Positions 36,829 to 49,177 of a stretch of 64,000 nucleotides of DNA are shown in pieces (the stretch's first letter is position 1; each line of letters begins with the position of its first letter). This DNA comes from Antechinus flavipes. Taxonomy: Eukaryota. A program made the position numbers and the translations under genes. The notes beneath the pieces are model-generated. The model was not told the DNA's origin. It made no database searches and saw only the letters and a list, made by a program, of their open reading frames with translations. The stretch spans positions 335,730,001 through 335,794,000 of the forward strand of contig NC_067398.1 of the NCBI RefSeq assembly GCF_016432865.1. Direction: 5' to 3'.

Positions 36829-37380
36829 CTGGGCCCAATCAAAACCTATAAATCACAAACTAAGAGTAGAACCCATCATAAACTTGGACTATTGAGGCAA
36901 GTAAAAGAGGGTAAAAGGGAAAAATAAGGGACCTGAGAGTGAGGGTGGATTCTCCAGGGCAGCAGTAATATATGAATTATATGAAGTGCTCATTGCAGAA
37001 TGAGAAGTTTGAATATAGGAAATGATAGAGTTCTTGCTCAATGGAAGCATTTCATGAAAAAATTCTAAAGCAGAAGAATCAGATGAAATGGGCTAACATA
37101 TGTACCTATCATGGTCCAACCTCAGTTTCCTTTCTTTTCCCAATATCTGGCATAATCTGTGACTGTAGTATTGACCAATCAGCTCCTTGAGGAGTTCTTT
37201 GTGGTGTACCCCTTCATGGACCCATTCCTGTGCAATTTGATCTCTGTGTTCATCTCTAAATACTGTCCAACTAGTATCCCCTTCAGTAATTACACCCCAT
37301 CCCTTGGGCCTCTAAACCCCTCCTCCCTTCCTACCTGCTGCATAATCAGAGGCAATTATCTTAGAATAAAGTCTGAGTGC
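36829..37380 (+). pseudogene. highly decayed alpha-like globin relic (3' end of exon 2, intron 2, exon 3, 3' UTR)
   Basis: 36854-36886 translates HKLRVEPIINL (cf. [10 protein letters not shown]). 37144-37266 translates YLA*SVTVVLTNQLLEEFFVVYPFMDPFLCNLISVFISKYC (cf. [42 protein letters not shown], one-codon gap), preceded by a pyrimidine tract and CAA (mutated CAG acceptor). aataaagtctgagtg at 37365-37379 matches the alpha-globin polyA signature (aataaagtctaagtc at 21626). Confidence 0.75.
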
Positions 37381-38789
37381 ATGGCAACCTGGCTATGCAA
37401 ACCCCTGCTCTGTGATGGGGGAGTGGGGCATTAGGGCCATAGAGGAAGCACCATAAGGTCACTGTGTTCCATTTTCCTAAGTCATTGACAGGCTCATGTC
37501 CAGAGGACAGATTGACAGAAATGGGAGAGGCCGGAAGCCCAGCCCAGTCCTTTGCCGCCTGTAATATCTCCCAAGTAACCCCACCCACACATGACTTAGG
37601 AGATACTTCCAGATACTAGATATTTCTACACTATCACTCCCTGGGGGGTGGGCCTAGCTAGGTGGGGAAGTTAGGGTGACAAAGTCAAAACTCCCAAGGA
37701 GCTCCAAGTGTAGGGCCCTCACATCCTCTTGGCTCTTTTGCATGTTTATGTTCTATATTCTCTTCCAAAACAACCTTTTTGCCAGAGTGCATTTTGGGAG
37801 TGGGAAAAAGGATTCTCTCAGATGTCTGTGTGCATGCAGCCCAACTTGGTAAACCCCCCACATCGGGTTCATGATAGTTGGCCATCCCTAGAACAAAGGA
37901 GGAAGATATCTAATATGTTGGTTAGAGACAGAACTCTCAGATTGGTGAAAGTTGGGAGGGTTTGTAATGAAACTTTATAAAACTGGCTGGTCCACCAAAG
38001 GCCTACCTGTTGGAAGATTGTTGATCCATCCTCCACACTTCCCCAGATATTTCTAAACTGGGAGTCAGAAGATGTCCCTCTATCATTATATCACTACATG
38101 ACCTTGAATTAGTTACTTCTGTTGGGGGAACCTCTGTTTCTCCTTCTTATAAAATGAGAAGGTTCAATATGATAAGGTCCCTTCCATCTCTGACATTACA
38201 GATTGCATGTTCCTTTCCAGATCTACTACTCTCTATTCTAAGGCCCCTTCTATATATTATAGCAGCATGGTAAAATGGCAAGAGAAGTTGGAATAAGAAG
38301 GTGTTAGTCCCTGCTCAAGTACTTATTAATCATGTGACCATGGGCATATCTTTTAATGTCTCTGAAATACAATTTCTGCATCAACATAAAGAAAATAATA
38401 ATGCCTGTCCTAAACAAAGCTTATATCCATTGACTGCAGATTAGCTAAATAAATTATAGTGTATGAATGTAATAAAATGTTGCTGTTCTGTAAAAAACAA
38501 CAAATAGGGATATGATGAATAAAGAAAAGCATGAGAGGACTCAAGTAAATTGATACAAAATAAAGTTAAGCGGACCCAGAAAAACAATATAAACAATGAC
38601 CACAGCAATATAAATGGAAAACAACAACAAAACAATCAAAATGGAATGTTATAAAATTACATTGACCAGGCCTGATCCCAAAGAATGCATCTCATTTTTT
38701 TTGTTGCAGAAATATGAAATTATGGAACACTGCATATAACAACATATATTGATTAGTTTTGCTGGTCCAGCAGGAGTTGAGAGCAAAGA

Positions 38790-39200
38790 CCAAAGCACTG
38801 TCTCTGTCTTTGTCTCGCGTTCTGTCTACCTGTCTGTCTATAACTCTGCTCTCTTTGTGTCTCTCTCCCTTCTCACCTTTGTTTCTCTGTCTCTCTCTCT
38901 CTCCCCCACTCCCCATCTCTTTATCCCTCTCTCTCTCTGTTTCTCTGTCCCTACCTCTCTGTCTCTGTCTCTCTTGTTCTCTCTCTTCTGTCTCTCCACT
39001 ACTATCTGAGGAATGGTATAGAAAAGGGAATGGGATGGAACAGGTTATATGGAATGAAGTAGAATAATAGGAGATAATAATGGTGTTGGGGAAGAGAAAT
39101 GAATTTTATGGAGATGGGATTGGAAAAGATGGGGACAAGGATAGAATGGTTTGTAACAGGCATAGAATAGGATGGGATTGAAATACAATGGGGATACAAA
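38790..39200. repeat. CT-rich tract followed by a degenerate (GGAAT/GGGAT)-like purine-rich tract
   Basis: Direct reading: pyrimidine-rich about 38790-39000, then purine-rich about 39010-39200. Confidence 0.75.
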
Positions 39201-39997
39201 TTGATACAAATTGAGAAGGAACAATCAATCAGTCAGTTAACAAGCATTTATTAAGTGCCTACAATGTGACAGATATTGTGCTAAACCTTGGGGATAAAAA
39301 GGCAAAAACAAGCCCTGATCTCAAGAAGCTCACAATATATTAGGAAAGACAGCATGCAAACAACTATGGACAAACAAGATACATACAGTATAGGTAGAAG
39401 GTAATATCAGAGGGAAAATACTAGCATTAAGGGGGACTGGAAAATGAGCAGAAAAGATTTTCACTGATGAAGAAAGAAAGCATTTCAGGCCTGGGGTACA
39501 AAGTTGGGAGCTGGACTGTCCTCTGTGAGAGACAGTAAGGAAACCAATGTCAGGAGCAGGAGGGAGGAAAGTCAAGATGGGTCATTTCTAGAACAGAAAG
39601 AAGCAAACTTCTGTCCACATTTAGTAGAGTATTGGAGTTGGAGTCAAAGATTTTAACTTATCATACTCTTACTAGCTGTGTGACTCTTGGTAGGCACTTA
39701 AATGGTCTACCCCGGTTTTCTCCTCTGTAAAAATGAGAATAATAATAAAAACATCGTGTTATTATTATAAAGAGAAAAAAAATAATAATAACAGCATTCA
39801 CCTCCCAGGGTTATTATGAGGATCAACTGGTTTTTGCAGAACTTTAAGCGCTATATAAATACTAATTATCATCACTATTACTATTGTTGGTGTTACTACA
39901 GTTCCACAAGCTGAGGTAAGGGATGTGAGACAATCCACAGGTTAGGTATTCGGGCGGATGCTGCGTTTGCACAGGTGATCTGGCCCAGGTGCGGATG

Positions 39998-40069
39998 CAG
40001 CGCCCCCTGTGGGGGAGACCCGGCCTCGCCCCACCTGGGCTAGTGACTGCATGATCCGTGCCAGCCAAT
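39998..40069 (+). promoter_or_regulatory. theta-globin promoter (CTCF-like motif, CCAAT, no TATA)
   Basis: cagcgccccctgtgggg 39998-40014 (minus strand CCCACAGGGGGCGCTG), CCAAT 40065-40069, GC/CpG-rich; no AT-rich box before the ATG at 40148. Confidence 0.65.
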
Positions 40070-40147
40070 GAGCTCCACCTCCCCAGTGCCAAGTCTAGGA
40101 CATGCCATCCTTGGCGAACCCCGAACAGACAGACCTGGGAAAGAAGG

Positions 40148-40994
40148 ATGGCCCTGTCCCCGGCAGACAAGTGCAACGTGAGAGAATTCTGGGAAAAACT
40201 GGGTGAGAACACCAAGGTGTACGGCACTGAAGCCCTGGTGAGGTGAGGCAACACCCAGCACGTGAATGCGCCACTTCCCCGAGCCCAGAACCCGGCGTGG
40301 CCCCGCTCTCGGCCGGTTCCCGGGACCCCTCCTCTCTCCCGCTCCCCAGCCTTGGGACCCCAGGCCGCGTTCTCGCGTCCCGCCGCCGCCTCTCGGCAGC
40401 CGCTGGCGATCCCTCGCTCCCTGGCCGGCTCTCCCTTCTTTGCCCCACTCCCGGGTCCGGGCCTCCCTCAGCCTGCCCTCCTTTTGGTTGGCAGGACCTT
40501 TCTTTGTTTCCCCGAAACCAAGACCTACTTCCCCCACTTTGATCTCTCCGGGGGCTCCCGCCAGGTTCAGGCTCATGGCAAGAAGGTGGCAGACGCCCTG
40601 ACTTTGGCCGTCAGCCACCTGGATGACTTGCCAGCCTCCCTGTCGTCCCTGAGCGATCTCCACGCCCACAGACTCAAGGTGGATCCCATCAACTTCAAAG
40701 TGAGTGGAAACCCGGGGGGGTGGGAGGCAAGAGGGGGTCTAGGGAGTTGGGCCAGCGAAGAGAGAGAGAGGTTCGGTCCAGAATTCGGGGCTAGTGACGT
40801 CTGAGAACTGGGCCCCCCCAAGATCCGACCCGGTCTGATCCCGCACCCGCCTCTTCTCTCCCCAGCTCCTGTCTCACTGTTTGCTCGTGACCCTGGCGAG
40901 GCACCATCCAGGCAACTTGAACCCCGAGGTGCACGCTTCTCTGGACAAGTTCCTGAGCTCCGTGTCCTCCGTGCTAACGTCCAAGTACCGTTAA
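40148..40994 (+). CDS. HBQ1: theta-globin, intact ORF, 142 aa
   Basis: Exons 40148-40242, 40495-40699, 40866-40994 (95/205/129 nt, GT-AG). [142 protein letters not shown]. Called theta from divergent exon 1 and its position 3' of the alpha genes. AATAAA at 41047. Confidence 0.88.
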
Positions 40995-43264
40995 GCTGGG
41001 AGGGTCAGCCGCTCCCTCCGCCAGTTGTAATACACGGGAAACTTTAAATAAAGGCGAAATCTATGGCAATCTAGCTGTGTGCACTGGGGCTTGAGTCGGG
41101 GAGCTGGGGAGCCTCGGTGTTCAAAACTGCAGCCCCTTCCCCGGCTCTAGAGAAAGCTGAGCTGTCTGCAGTGACTACCCCGTGATCCTGACATAGGGGA
41201 GAAGTCTCTGAGAGGGCTGAAGGGCTGCCGTATGTCCCACCCTATTGCTTCCCCTCCTTCCCAACCTGAGAGAGTACAAAACCCCCTCCCAGCAACTTTC
41301 CTATCTTGGTTTATCATTGTTTCAATTTTTATTCATATATTTTGCTTTTCCATTATAATCATTTCTGAATATAATTCCACCCACCCACCCCAGTCACTCC
41401 TTGTAAACAAACAAACGAAAAGAAAAAACAATTCAATGAACATCAACAACCATAGTTCGTTCCCCCACACTCACTCATCCCCACAAAGAGAGGGAGATGT
41501 ATTTTCTCATCATTTTCCCAAATGTAGCATTCAGTTCAAATTTGCATTTTTCACCATTTGCATTGCTAGAACCATTATGTACATATAGTTTTTTTGCAGC
41601 CTCAGAACCCAAAATCTCCACTCAACACCCCCTCTCAATCTCCCTCTCTATCTTCACTCTTATTAGGACAATGTACTTTTGAACCCAAACCTGAGAAGAC
41701 AGTCTTGTCTACAGACTCCAGTAACCTTTCCTATCCCTCCAGAAATTGGGGTTTCTGGGTGGCCAGTAAGTTTTATGGCCACCATTGAAACCCTAGCCAG
41801 GCCCAAGAGGGCCTGGGTTTGAGAATAAGACCTTGGAAGATTAATCAACCTACTGCATCTGGATGAGTTCAAGAGTTTGGGCCCTGGTTGAGCAGAGTTT
41901 ATGGGCCCAGCCCCAGGAAAGAGTTATCCCCAACAACCAGCCTGAGTCTGGCTCAAGATTAGGAGGCATGTGGTCACACCTCTGCCTTTGTCTCACTAAC
42001 TCAACTCTACCTTATCCTTCAACACTTCCCTCCCCTCTCTTATCACACTATCACAGACCCCTAATCAACTTCTAAACCCATTTTGGGTCCAGAGCTCAAG
42101 GTCACTATTCTCCCTAGACCTAGTGCCCCCTGACTCCCACAGATCCTAAAATCCTGCCCTCATTTCCCTCCTGAAACGACCCTGATTCCTCCTTAATGCC
42201 CAATGTCCTGAGGACCACTCCTGAATTTCTATCCTCACATCCCACCCAGAATGCCATGACCTGAGTTCAGATCCTGCCTCTGACATAATACCTTTGTGAC
42301 CTTGAGCAAATCTATGGACCTCAGTTTTCTCATTTGTAAAGCATAAGAGTTGAACTAGATAATCTCTAAGTTTCGTTCCAATTCTGAGTTTAAGACCCCA
42401 AGGTCTTTGTGGCCCAGTACCTCTATGTTACCTGACTGTGACAGCAGGGGTAAATGTCTGAGATCTGACAAAGGTATCACCTTCTGATAACTTTTATGTG
42501 CTAAAGATCCCAGAAGGGAAAGACAGCTTTTGTCTTCTCTTTCCATCAGCGCAGTCCAGGGACTGCCTCTCACCTACTTCAGAATGATCTGAAAGAATCT
42601 GACAGGTCTGAGGAATGACAGGGTTTGTTTTTTTTTTGGGGGGGGGAGAAGTTAATTAACACCTGCAAATATATCTAAACCCAAAAATATTTATAGTAGT
42701 ACTTTTTGTATGTGACAGCAAAGAAATGGTAACAAAGTAGATACCCATTGTTTGGGGAGTAGTTAAATAAATTGTAGTGTATTAATATAATGAAATAATA
42801 TTGTACTGCAAGAAATAAGGTGTGTAATGAATACAGAGACATATGGGAAGATCTACACATGAACATAATGCAGGATGAAGAAAACAGAACCAAGAAATAA
42901 TATGTACCCTAAATACAAGAATAAAAATGTGAAGAACCACAAGAGAATAATTTATGCACTACTTCTATCACAGGGGCATTATGAGAAAAGCACATTGTGT
43001 AGTCTAGAGCATTCTAGAAATATACGCTGTTCTTATTTCTAGTTCATTGGTATTCATTTTCTGTTCTCTGGTATTTCCTCAGTTCAAGTGTTCGTTTTTT
43101 TCTTATTGCAATACTTCAAGGATTGATCATTTCAATTGAGTGAGGTCAATATGGGTATCCATTCATTTGTTTAGTAGATTCATATGCACTGCTTTAAGCT
43201 GGGGTATGGAAATCTAAAATGTCCTATTTCTTTAATCCAGAGGCATAACTGGGGATATTTTCAC

Positions 43265-43441
43265 CTGGGACAAAAATAGCCTTTCTCCCTCTCTGTCTCT
43301 GTCTCTATCTTTGTCTCTCTGTCTGTCTCTCCTCTTCTCTCTCTTTCTCTCCTCCTCTCCTTTTCTCTCCCTGTCTCTCCCTCCTCTCTTTCTGTCTTTG
43401 TCTCTCCTTCTCCCTCCCTCCATCTCTCTCTCCTCTCCCCT
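43265..43441. repeat. CT-rich microsatellite abutting assembly gap
   Basis: (CT)n/(CTGT)n run ending at the N block. Confidence 0.9.
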
Positions 43442-43987
43442 NNNNNNNNNNNNNNNNNNNNNNNNNNNNNNNNNNNNNNNNNNNNNNNNNNNNNNNNNNN
43501 NNNNNNNNNNNNNNNNNNNNNNNNNNNNNNNNNNNNNNNNNNNNNNNNNNNNNNNNNNNNNNNNNNNNNNNNNNNNNNNNNNNNNNNNNNNNNNNNNNNN
43601 NNNNNNNNNNNNNNNNNNNNNNNNNNNNNNNNNNNNNNNNNNNNNNNNNNNNNNNNNNNNNNNNNNNNNNNNNNNNNNNNNNNNNNNNNNNNNNNNNNNN
43701 NNNNNNNNNNNNNNNNNNNNNNNNNNNNNNNNNNNNNNNNNNNNNNNNNNNNNNNNNNNNNNNNNNNNNNNNNNNNNNNNNNNNNNNNNNNNNNNNNNNN
43801 NNNNNNNNNNNNNNNNNNNNNNNNNNNNNNNNNNNNNNNNNNNNNNNNNNNNNNNNNNNNNNNNNNNNNNNNNNNNNNNNNNNNNNNNNNNNNNNNNNNN
43901 NNNNNNNNNNNNNNNNNNNNNNNNNNNNNNNNNNNNNNNNNNNNNNNNNNNNNNNNNNNNNNNNNNNNNNNNNNNNNNNNNNNNNNN
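43442..43987. other. assembly gap (546 N)
   Basis: Run of N. Confidence 1.
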
Positions 43988-44420
43988 TGGCTGGGGAAGA
44001 GTAGAGAGAGGTCAGGGGAATCCAAATCCTCAGTTCATAGAGGGATAAGCTCCTGTCTGGGAGAGGGAAGCATTTACACAGACTAGGAGCTGCTTGCTCT
44101 GGATCATGGTGGCTGGAAGGGTCCTCGATGAGTATATTTTTCAGGGGCCCTGGGAACTCTGGAGCCACAATCCAGATTTTTCCAAAGGAATTGCTTCTTT
44201 TAACCAGGGTTGGGACCTGACAAATCAAGGTTCTTTAGTTCTCTCCTGCCCCCCACACCCCAATAAAAATCATGTCCAGGGATTAGACACTTTATTACTG
44301 TGAAGGGACCTTCAACTGACCAGGTATTACTTCTGTCACAAGAGTTGCCTTCCCCACAAAGCTCTTTTAGGGGTCAGGTCAGCAAAGAATAATATGGACC
44401 TGACTCTAGTCTCAATCAAT

Positions 44421-44472
44421 GTGTGTGTGTATTTGTGTGTGTGTGTATGTGTGTGTGTATGTGTGTGTGTGA
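44421..44472. repeat. (TG)n microsatellite
   Basis: Interrupted TG repeat. Confidence 0.9.
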
Positions 44473-45854
44473 CACATTCTATAATCCCCAACATAGAAAG
44501 GGAGCTCCCACCATATCTGCATGTGTGAGAAAACCCTGGCTGCCCTGTTCTAATTATAACTTTGCCCACTTCTCTACCTGAGAGAGGTGAGAACAAACTC
44601 TTACGTCCCTTAAAAAGTGGAGATAGAAAGAAACCTGGGTTGGGAATGAGAAGATATAAGTTTCAATTCAAAGAATAAGTAACAATTATAAGTACTATTT
44701 TTTGGATAGATCTTTAAATTATTTACATTTTGAGCAGGGATAAGGACAGGAATAGGACATGTGAGTTCACTTATGTAGGGTCAATTCTCCACCAATGCAC
44801 TTGGCAACTTCTCAAACAAGTTATGGCTTTAGGAAATTGTCCGGATCATGGAGGGTTGAGTGATTTGCCTGCAGATACACAACCAGCTTGTGAAGGGTAA
44901 GAACTGTACCTCCCTTCCTCTGAAGTTGTAGCTAACTCTATTCATTATACCATTCCACCTCTCATCCATAAAGTAAAAGCAAGAATAGTTACAAAATGTT
45001 TTAAACTTTATAAAGCATTTTCTCTACAATGGTCATATGAAGCAAGTCATATAATTTTATTATACCCATTTATGAATAAAGAAACTCAAATTGAATGATT
45101 TGTCTATGGTTATAAACTAGGATTTGAACATCTAGAGTGGCTACTAATGAAATATTGCTGCCACTAGCCAGACAAATTTCAAGGTTAAAAAATGATAGAT
45201 TTTGATAATGTTAAACTTTTGCTAGTTTGTCATGCTGCTCTGGTTCCTTAAGGGTAGATGCTTCTGAAGGCTCTTTAACATTGCTTCTTCTATCTGTGTC
45301 CTTTTTCTGGGTTATCTCACAAACTCACATAACTTCAATTGACAATTTTTAAAAATTTGACTCCCAAACCTCTCCATTACATCAACCTCTCCTGACAGTT
45401 TCTATAAGTACTATTATTAATAATAAGTATCGATAAGTGCAGAACACTGATATGTTTGGGGAAAGATAGAGATTTGTAATTTATTTTATATAGGGAATGC
45501 TCCAATGAGGAAAATCCCTTCAGAAATGCAAGTTAGCACCTTCTCTGAAACTTACAGCCTTTCAAGAGCTGTCTCTCAATGAGTGACTTGCTCAGTGTCA
45601 CACAGTTTGTGGCCAGTCTCTGGCCTTTATGCTGGGATATGAGGCCTCCTCTCATGGAGGAAGATGCTAATTTTAAATGACTGCTCCTGTCTTTGAGGAG
45701 CAGAGAAAGAAGACAAAACACGGGCAGAGGTCATACTCATCATATGATAAGTGCATCAAAGTGTGCAAAACACAGGGTTCTCCCATGCCAGGGAGGGAAG
45801 GGCTTTGTAGCAGACAAGGCACCCAATGGGGCTTTTAAAAAATAGTTGATGTTA

Positions 45855-46420
45855 TGGAATATTATTGTTCTATAAAAAATGACCAGCAGGATGATTTCAG
45901 AAAGGTCTGGAGAGACTTACATGAACTGATGCTGAGTGAAATGAGCAGAACCAGGAGATCATTATACATGGCAACAATAAGACTATATGATGATCAGTTC
46001 TGATGGATGTTGCTCTTTTCAATAATGAGATAATTCAGGCCAGTTCCAATGATCTTGTGATGGAGAGAGCCATCTACACCCAGAGAGAGGCCTGTGGGAA
46101 CTGAGTGTGGATCGCAACACAGTATTTTCACCCTTTTTGTTGTGGTTTGCTGCATTTTATTTTCTTTTTCATTTTTTGATCTGATTTTTTGTGTACAGCA
46201 TAATAATTGCAGAAATATGCATAGAAGAACTGCACCACATATATTGTATCCAGGATATACTGTAACCTATTTAACATGTAAAGGACTGCTTGCCATCTGG
46301 GGGAGGGGGTGAAGGGAAGGGAAAAATCGGAACAGAAGCAAGTGCAAGGGATAATGCTGTAAAAAATAACCCTGGCATGGGTTCTGTCAATAAAAAGTTC
46401 AACCTTTAAAAAAAAAAGAA
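45855..46420 (+). mobile_element. L1 3' end fragment
   Basis: Recurrent L1 3' UTR sequence ending ...taaccctggcatgggttctgtcaataaaaag plus poly-A. Confidence 0.85.
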
Positions 46421-46779
46421 GAAGAAGAAGAATTGCGCATGTTTAACAGAGAAAGAATAGGTTGGTATTCAACAAAGAGGGGAGGGAAGACTGAATAAAG
46501 CAACAGAAGCTCTAGTTCCAGTTTGCCATTTACTTCATACGTGAGCAACTGGGGTATTTTGTTTCTTTGCTCCCTGTTCTGAGTGTCAGTTTTGTTCATC
46601 TATGTAAAATGTAAATGTAAAAGATAAACTTTTCCAGGGCTTTCTCCAGGGCTGCCGTGAGGAAGGCTATGACAGATCCTAGATAGGAAAATGCTCTGCA
46701 AGAAGAATGCCCTATGTACAACTGTGCAAGACTTTAATTCAGCTTTCTACTTTCTCATAAGGACTTTTTTCTTCAATTG

Positions 46780-47010
46780 TCATTGTTATTATTCGATTGT
46801 TTTTCAGTCATGTTTGATTCTTTGTGAGCCCATTTAGCGTTTTCTTGGCAAAAACACTGGAGTGGTTTGCCATTTCCTTCTTCAGCCCATTTTATTGATG
46901 AAGAAACTGAGGCAAATAGGATTAAGTGACTTGCTCAAAGTCATACAGTTATATTTGAGGCCAGAAGAGACTTCCTGACTCCAGTTCACTTTGCAACCTA
47001 GCTGCTAAGA
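46780..47010 (+). mobile_element. Mar1-like marsupial SINE
   Basis: gttttcttggcaaaaacactggagtggtttgccatttccttcttcagc.cattttattgatgaagaaactgaggcaaa. Confidence 0.65.
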
Positions 47011-49032
47011 CACAAAATAAATGGCAGGGTGGGGGGTGGGGGATTACTATTGACAGAACCAGAAGTCCAGAGCCCTTGGAGAGGGGAGAAGTTAGGGGAG
47101 AACAGATTCTGGTCAGCTGCCCTGGACTAAGCAGGCTCCTAAATCAAGTAATAACTCCTTAGATGCCTACTGTGAGCCAGGAACTGTGCTGAATTCTGAA
47201 GACATAAAAAAGCAAAGGATCGGCCTTCAAGGAACTGACAATCTATTTCTTGTCTGATCAGGGAGACAAATATTTAAAAACAAGCTATACACAGGATAAA
47301 TAGGAGATAGTTAACAGAGGGAAATCACTAGAACTGAGGGATGGGGAAAAACCCCCTATAGAAGGTAGAATTTTAGTTGGGACATGAGAGAGAGAGAGAG
47401 CATTTCAGGCATGGAGCACAATCAGAAAAAAACCCTAGGAGTGAAGAGGAGTGTTAGGGTCACTAGTCTAGTGTTTCAGCCCCTGCCTTTGCCACTGAGC
47501 ACTGGCTATTGGCTTATGCTGAGTCCTGTGAACAAAGTTCAAAGGAAATATGACTTCCATCTGAGGCTTAGGAGCTAAAAGGATGAGACAGAGAGGAAGG
47601 CTTCAGTTTCCATACAGACTCCTGACAGGAATCCCCGATTTTCTCAGTACAAGATTCTGGCTGCATTTATAGCTGGATGAATCAGGAAGTGGAATTAGGC
47701 AGAGGGTTTCCACATCTGGATCAGAATATGGGCGGGACACAGATCAATACACAGGTGGTTGAAGGGGACTGGACGCTGAAGAAGGCATCAGAACCATTTC
47801 CTCATAAATGATCTTAGGAGTTCCTATCCAGTGGGGAGAACCATGTCTATACTGAGCTTTGTCCATGTGACCTCAAGCGAAGCTTTTTTGTAGGCTTTCT
47901 TACCACAGAATCATGATCCATACATGGATTATACTTTGAACTTGATAATAGTCAAATCATTTAACTTAATCAAAAATATAGTATTGTTTAGCTCATTTAA
48001 GAGTATATCTGAAAATTTTAGTTTTCTACTTGGTTTTGGTTTGCAGTCCATTAAAAAGGCCAAAGTCTCCCATTTCATCCAGGGTCATTTCCAATTGTCC
48101 TGATCTATATCTGTCCACTGGACCCAGGTGGCTCTGGAGGGGAAAGTGAAGCAGGTGATGTTGAATAGCCTTCCCTCACTTCAGTCCAATTCACTTACAT
48201 GTCATAGCATCACCCTCCTAATGTCACGATCCCCTTCAAGAACAAAGGACAAATACAGAACCTTCTAAAATACTTCAGTTCTGGAGGCCAATTCTCGACT
48301 CTCCCAGACCACTCTCCTTCCCTACAGAGGAAGTCACTTAAAGCCCTAGCCATCTTGCTTTGGACAAACCCCCTCCCTCTGTCCCCCAGCCCCCACAACT
48401 TCCTCTATGTCCCGGAGATGTTGGAAGAAGGTCCTGGCATCTGCATAGGCAGCTCCCTCATGAGGAGGGAAAAGAGAAAAACTGAATTCCAAGGATTCTT
48501 GGAGTAGAATCCAATGGGGCTATGAATTGGGCGGATCTGGCCCAGAGCTCTAGGGAAAGGGGGTGATGAGACAAGAGTTGATGGTGCTTGTGGGGGAATA
48601 TTGTGAGGTTGCTGAATTCACTGAATGGGAGTGAACTGGAAGACATTGAAGATTAATGTAATACTAGGAATAAATAGGTTGAAATTGAATGAGATAAGGG
48701 AGCTCTGTGGAAAATGGGGAGGCTGCGACTGAATAGGGTGAAGAAGACAAAGGGAAGATCACTCTGGTGATCAGGGTGAGCTGAATTTGGGTACCGAGGC
48801 TGAGGGCAAGTTTGTGGGTTGAATCTACAAATCCACCTTTTCCCTGGCACTACCTAGGGACAGACCCACTGAAATCAAAAAGGGCTTTAAAAGAGCAATC
48901 TTTGATCAAGAAGAAGCAGGTGGTGAATTAGCTAAACGCATTGCTCCCCCCTTCATGTTAGCCCTTTGGTATTCCTCTCCCAACCCCCAAACCAGGAGCC
49001 TTTGGCCACATCCTCAGTGCCCTCAGAGCTGA

Positions 49033-49082
49033 CCAATAGGAAAGGAGTTGGGTGGGGCGAGCACTGCGGCCGGAGGATAAAA
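49033..49082 (+). promoter_or_regulatory. omega-globin promoter
   Basis: CCAAT 49033-49037, gggtgggg (reverse CCCCACCC, KLF1-type) about 49050-49057, GATAAAA 49076-49082 at the TATA position. Confidence 0.8.
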
Positions 49083-49177
49083 GGAGAGCCCTTGAGCCAC
49101 TGACCACAGCACTCAGCTTCCACCTCTCTCTCCTGCAGTCTCTACTCAGGCGTGTCTCCACCCTCTCACAACCAACC

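Noticed and set aside
43261-44228. 245-307 aa ORFs
   Set aside because: They consist of translated N gap and CT repeat.
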